Below, piece by piece: positions 58,037 through 64,000 of a DNA stretch of 64,000 nt. The notes beneath the pieces are model-generated. The model saw only the letters and a program-made list of their open reading frames with translations, searched no databases and had not been told where the DNA came from. The translations under genes were made by a program, and so were the position numbers. The stretch is from the human T2T-CHM13v2.0 reference genome, Homo sapiens. The stretch lies in NCBI RefSeq assembly GCF_009914755.1, contig NC_060926.1; one strand, given 5' to 3'. Numbering within the stretch: position 1 is the stretch's first letter; every line of letters begins with the position of its first letter.

Positions 58037-58366
58037 CTCAACAGAACCAGAGTATTATCAACATATGTATAGTGTATATATTTTTTGTTGTTCCGTTGAT
58101 TATACACTGGTTTTATATTTTTTTTGTTATTCTGTTGATTATACTCTGGTTCTTTGCATTTACTTTATTTCTCCATTTTATTATCCTCACAGTAAACTTT
58201 TCTGACTTGATGTTTCCCTTTTGTAACCTATTTCAGCACAGTGCTGCTACTTACTCATTGTCCCAAGTCCCTACTGGTTAGGTTGGCAATGACCATGTCT
58301 ATCTTGCTGATAGTTCAGTCCTCAGCAGCTGGCACTGCCTGAGCTTCTAAAGGCAATCAGTGTTTG

Positions 58367-58531
<165 letters not shown>

Positions 58532-59269
58532 TGAATGGATAAAGGATTGTTCTTCACGGCTTAAAAAAAAATCAGTGGTTTCACATTTCTTATAGAATAT
58601 AATTCAAATTCATTACCATGACCTCAAGGTCTTTTTCAACTGGCTACATAACCTGTCTCATTCATCTCTTACTGATCTTTCCTCACACCTTACAAACAAT
58701 ATGCATAAGAGACTTTCAGCTTACTTTTCTCCAACAACACCCATGACAGTTGATATTCATGGGCATGGGACACTTCTGTAAGCACAACCTTTGACACAGA
58801 CGGAGAGCACGATTTACAGAATATGACTCATAACATCACCTTTACGTCTCTCACTCAGGAAATCTTATTAGAATGCCAATCAGTTAAATAGGTGTTATTT
58901 TAGTGAGCACTTTAAACTCACCCTAATTTATTTTATTAAAAAATTAAGAAAATTCAGTGTACTTTAATTATTACTTTTAAGATATTATTGTTGAAATATC
59001 ATTCCATTGAGACTCCATGTTTGAGAACTCTTTTTAATAATAATAGTTAGCATGGTTTGCTTACCTTCCAAATATTGGGATTTTGTTATGTACTTTATAT
59101 GTGTTAAATTTTCCAAAAACCTGTGACATAAATAACACTATTATTCTCATTTTATAGAAGGTAACATTTAAGTGCAAGGAGCCTAAGTAATTTACTCAAG
59201 GTTATACTTCTGTTCAGTTTATGTGTTTTTCAATTAAAGATTTGTTTTAAAGTACTAAAGATGGTTCTC

Positions 59270-59972
59270 AAAAAGTCAGGAAACAACAGATGCTGGAGAG
59301 GATGTTGAGAAATAGGAAAGCTTTTACACCATTGGTGAGAGTGTAAATTAGTTCAACCATTGTGGAAGACAGTGTGGTGATTCCTCAAGGATCTAGAACC
59401 AGAAATACCATTTGACCCAGCACTCCCATTACTGGGTATATATCCAAAGGATTATAAATCATTCTGCTATAAAGACACATGCACATATATGTTTATTGCA
59501 GCACTATTCACGATAGCAAAGATTTGGAACCAACCCAAATGCCCATCAATGATAGACTGGATAAAGAAAATGTGGCACATATACACCATGGAATACTATG
59601 CAGCCATAAAAAAGAATGAGCTCATGTCCATTGCAGGGACATGGATGAAGGTGGAAACCATCATTCTCAGCAAACAGGAACAGAAAACCAAACACCACAT
59701 GTTCTCACTCATAAGTGGAGTTGAACAATGAGAACACATGGACACAGGGAGGGGAACATCACACACCAGGGCCTGTTGGGGGGTGGGGGAGAGAAAGCAT
59801 TAGGACAAATACCTAATGCTTAAACCTAGGGCTTAAACCTAGGGCTTAAAACCTAGGTCATGGGTTGATAGGTGCAGCAAAGCACGATGGCACATGTATA
59901 CCTATGTAACAAACCTGCACATTCTGCACATGTATCCCAGAACTATAAAATAAAATAATATAAAAATAAAAT
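59270..59972 (+). mobile_element. 5'-truncated L1PA (about PA8)
   Basis: ORF2 C-terminal remnant (MFIAALFTIAKIWNQPKCP), 3'UTR and A-rich tail. Confidence 0.92.
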
Positions 59973-60160
59973 ACGTTTGTCAAACTACTTCCTTTCCCTG
60001 TCTCCCATTTTATACCTTGAGGTTGACACATAACATACATAGACACATATATATACACATATGCACTCAGACTAAATTTTAGGGCCTTTGGTACAAACTA
60101 TTTGTTTAAGAGTTCTATGATATTGTTATAAATAAGAAAAAAAATATAAAAGTACTTTTT

Positions 60161-60290
60161 GGCTGGGCATGGTGGCTTAAGTCTGTAATCTTAGCATTTT
60201 GGGAGGCTGAGGTGGAAGGATCACTTGAGTCCAGGAATGCAAAACCAGTTTGGGCAACGCAGTGACACCCTGTCTCTACAAAAAATATAT
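60161..60290 (+). mobile_element. FLAM_C/Alu left monomer
   Basis: ggctgggcatggtggc...ggatcacttgagtccagga...ccctgtctctacaaaaaa. Confidence 0.85.
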
Positions 60291-61184
60291 AAAGTGCTTC
60301 TTTAGTAGAGTAGATATGATTATATAGGTAAGTATGTAACAGGCATACTTGAGCCTAACACAGGAGAGTTTGGTTTGGATTTTTGCTAATAATGCTTTAA
60401 GCATTGCCTTATGGCAAGGCTCAAAGGGAGCATCCTGTTTTAAAAAATTTAATACCAAATTGAATTCCATGTTCTCCAAATTGATTAGACCAAAGCCTGT
60501 TGTTTCTGTTTCACACAGGAATGTGCTGCCTTCAACCTTTGCTCTGTGAGCAAACTATGCCCTGATCTGATATGTATTATGTGGTTAAATACTTTTTTGC
60601 ATCAAAAGTCCTACATAAAACTTGGTGACACCTCCCTAAATGTAGCTATCACGCCTTTAAAATATTTTTTAAATGATTCCACTGCTTTATCTTCCATGTC
60701 TAGAAAGTGGAATTTCACACACACACAAACACACACACGCATACACAAGCAAAGTATATATTTTACAAGTGTGGTTCGGTGCTCCTTTCCTTGATGAGGA
60801 TATTTCATGAATCTTCCAACTTTTCCTTAAGATGCTATAAAAAGTAAACATCCTCTGGGTAAACCTCTTGCTGAATCTGATGCTTTACTTCAGAAAATTA
60901 GAACTGCCCTCTGCATCTCAATGAACGTAGCTAAAGGACCTTACTGGATAGCACACACTTCTGCGGAAACAAACATTTACATTTTTATTTGTTTTTCATT
61001 ATAACCAAACACAATATTTTTTAGTTGGTATAAACGACCAACGTATTAGAAAGGATAAACATATGCAGCAAAGTTTACAATTAAAATATAGAATGTCGAA
61101 TGCCTTCTCAACAGGCTTGATGATGCTGAAAAATAGAAGAATGAAGATGAAGACAATGTTTTGACTTTGATAAAAAATATCAGA

Positions 61185-61499
61185 GGCCGGGCGTGGTGGC
61201 TCATGCCTGTAATTCCAACACTTTGGGAGGCCGAGGTGGGCAGATCACCTGAGGTCGGGAGTTCAAGACCATCCTGACCAACATGGAGAAACATAAAAAT
61301 ACAAAATTAGCTGCGCATGGTGGTGCATGCCTGTAATCCCAGCTAACAGGGAGGCTGAGGCAGGAGCCTGGGAGGTAGAGGTTTGAACCTGGGAGGTAGA
61401 GGTTGCAGTGAGCCAAGATCGCACCATTGCATCCTAGCCTGGGCAACAAGAGTGAAACTCCATCTAAAAAAAAAAAAAAAAAGAAAACAGAAAGAAAAA
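61185..61499 (+). mobile_element. AluSp with small internal rearrangements
   Basis: gtcgggagtt, ctgaccaacatggagaaac, gcaccattgca, caacaagagtgaaactcc. cctgggaggtagaggtt is duplicated. Confidence 0.88.
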
Positions 61500-61723
61500 G
61501 TTAATGAAAGATTCTTATTTATTATTTGATAAGTGAAAATGAACAAACAAATATTAGTGAGAAGATAAATGGCCTTAAATGGCCTTAAGCCCAGGATCAC
61601 AGAAGAACCCGAGTAAACAAACTAGTTTGGCAACTTTGAAAAAGTGTGGTCAGCACTGGAAGATAAATAAAAAGGGAAGAAATAAGACAGAAAGGATTTC
61701 CTTCCAAAGGGCAGGCTAGATTC

Positions 61724-62026
61724 TTTTTTTTTTTTTTTTTTTTTGAGACAGTGTCTTGCTCTGCCACCCAGGCTGCACTGCAGTGACACGATCTTCACTC
61801 AATGCAACCTCTGCCTCCTGGGTTCAAGTGATTCTTGTGCCTCAGCCTTCTGAGTAGCTGGAATTACAGGCATGTGCCAACACGCCCAGCTAATTTTTGT
61901 ATTGTTAGTACAGATGAGATTTCATCATATTGGCCAGGATGGTCTCAAACTTCTGACCACAAGTGATCCGTCCACCTCAACCTCCCAAAGTGTTGGGATT
62001 ACAGGTGTGAGCCCCTGCGCCTGGCC
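61724..62026 (-). mobile_element. AluS (Sx/Sz-like)
   Basis: Full antisense dimer. TSD tagattctt. Confidence 0.9.
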
Positions 62027-62141
62027 TAGATTCTTATTAGGTTAGAATGCCATGATCAGTTTTTGAGAGATGGAGAACTTGAGAATAATTAAGAATGCAG
62101 ATTTTAATGCTTTAATATTTGGAAAATAAGAGAGCTTAAGA

Positions 62142-62358
62142 CAAGATTTTCTCAACCTCAGCCTTATTGACATTTTAGACTGGATAATTATTTGTTTTGG
62201 GAGCTATGAATTGTAAATATTTAGCAGCATCTGTGGCTTCTCCTTACTAGTTTCCAATAGCACCCCCACTTCCCCAGTTGTAATAATCTACAGTGTCTCA
62301 AGACATTGCCAAACATTCTTTGGGGAAACGAAATATCTCCTAGTTGATGATCCCTGGC
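62142..62358 (-). mobile_element. MER20
   Basis: ttctcaacctcagccttattgacattttagactggataatt...tttagcagcatc...ccccagttgt...tgtctcaagacattgccaaa. Confidence 0.85.
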
Positions 62359-62659
62359 TTAAAGGTACTATAATCATTAATTTAGGCAGAAGGTGAGTGA
62401 AAAAGAAACTGTGGATTATAATTGATTATTATATAGAATATATTATTAACTTTTTTCATTCCACCAAAGCCCAAATCAGAAGCAAACTAGATTTTTTTAA
62501 ATTGTGTAATTAGCTCTTTTGAGAATATGCAATGCCTTTCAATTTATAGATTTCTAAAACAGGTATCTATAGTAAGTATAATTCTGAGGTTAAAATATTG
62601 TCTGTTGGTAAAGCAGGTTTTTGAAAAATTTTGATATTATATCTACAATATTTGATTAT

Positions 62660-63100
62660 TTTCTTTACGTTAACCCTTTATGAAATAAATATTGAGGACT
62701 TCAAACATACTCTAATGTTAATAAAGAAATAGATAATATGCAGGTACCACCCACTCAGATTTAACAATACCTGGTCCTATTAGCTTCAGATATTTTTCTT
62801 TCTTAGGATTTATGTTTGTTTCATTTGTTTTCTAATCTTGTAGTTAGAGTGTCTTCTTGCCCATCCTAATATGTGTGTTTCCTGCCCAGTGGTAATCAAT
62901 TACCTGTAGATATTCTTTCTGTGTATGTTTTTATTGTACAATTTAGCTATGTCTATTTGCATCCATGATAGCACATAGTGTTGAGTTCTTGGTGGCTTTG
63001 TATGTTTTTACCTAAATGGCATCTCTCCGTGTTTATCTTTTTATTTTTTATTTTTCATTCAATTCATATATGCAAGATTTATTCATGTTGGCATATGTAA
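62660..63100 (-). mobile_element. Ancient L1 (L1ME-type) 3' region
   Basis: gtaccacccactcagatttaacaat...taaatggcatc...ttttcattcaa...aagatttattcatgttg. Confidence 0.55.
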
Positions 63101-64000
63101 GTATTTGCACAGTAGGTACAATAAAATGCTGTGAAGCAATTAAAATAAATGAGCTGACTTAAGCACTTATAAACAGCACTGCTACAGACAAAATAGGGAC
63201 AATGTACAGTGCTTTTTAGTTCACTTATAAACTAAACTAAGCAGCTAAACCAAGGCATGAAAATTCCAGAATTGAAAATGTTTGATCTGTCATGACCCTA
63301 ACAGTACAGGAAGAACTGAAACATAGTCGGAAAAACATTCAGGCTCTTTTTGTTTTCCATGGGAAAAACATTAGCTTCCTAGAATCTGAGAGAGTGCCTG
63401 GGTGGGCAGAGAAGCCTGACCCTTCTCATGGGAGTAGAGGCCTGATGAGCCTTTCCAATGGCTCATCTGGATTTTAAAAAGGAACACATGGGAAAACCAC
63501 TAGGAAAGAACTCTTTACTCAACAGCAGGCTGTGCCTGACTCTAAACAGCAGCTTATTTCTGAGCTAGCCTGTCTTTGTTGGGTACAGCCTACGTATGAA
63601 GCCCAGGGGTAGCAAGCACAGGGTTTTTGAGAGCTGGAGACCTTGGTGGTTGGAAGGGGCCATATGCAGAAAGTAGTGTGGGGCTTAGAGGAATTTAGCA
63701 TATTGTGACCATAGCTCCAGTGAAAGTGGCCACTGCAGGAGGTGAAAATAATGCTGAGAGGGAAGAAACATGCCCTGTGGTCATGACTGAAGGCCCTACT
63801 ACTTCTGCCCAGGGGTCCAGGATAAAAGACTTGGACAACAATAGCAGGGATTCTTGAGCCATGGCACGGGGCGGATGACACCTGGAGGAGGCTAGGGGTC
63901 CAGTGTGTCCACTGATGGGTGTTTGAGTGACAGGGTTTTGTTGTTTTGCCTTTTCTTTGGTTAGTGCTCCTTGATTTAAAGTCCTCAGGCTGGTGGGACC

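Overview
Human (hominid) non-coding genomic DNA: AT-rich, CpG-depleted and dominated by transposable elements. Species is indicated by an AluYb8-type insertion at 22482-22781. No host protein-coding gene, tRNA, rRNA or CRISPR array can be supported from the sequence. Nearly all ORFs in the track are Alu-, L1- or microsatellite-derived, or are chance ORFs. The largest element is a full-length L1PA2-like LINE-1 (31916-37943) with an intact ORF1, an open antisense ORF0 and a frameshifted ORF2. Also present are ~14 Alu/FLAM copies (including young Yb8-, Ye5- and Yd-type), older L1 fragments with nested insertions, solo LTRs, MER DNA transposons, and L2/MIR/CR1 relics. Structure not explained by ordinary repeat annotation: (1) an 80-bp tandem duplication plus inverted arm at 26537-26738, giving a 37-bp hairpin with two alternative partners; (2) several short locally templated duplications; (3) an L1 reduced to 5'UTR plus 3' tail between target-site duplications; (4) minus-strand splice sites that could be used by the L1 antisense promoter; (5) a candidate in-frame plus-strand exon pair. 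I found no demonstrable novel biological system; the findings are testable hypotheses. Subfamily calls were made by eye from remembered consensus motifs and need RepeatMasker/Dfam confirmation. Boundaries of old elements are approximate.
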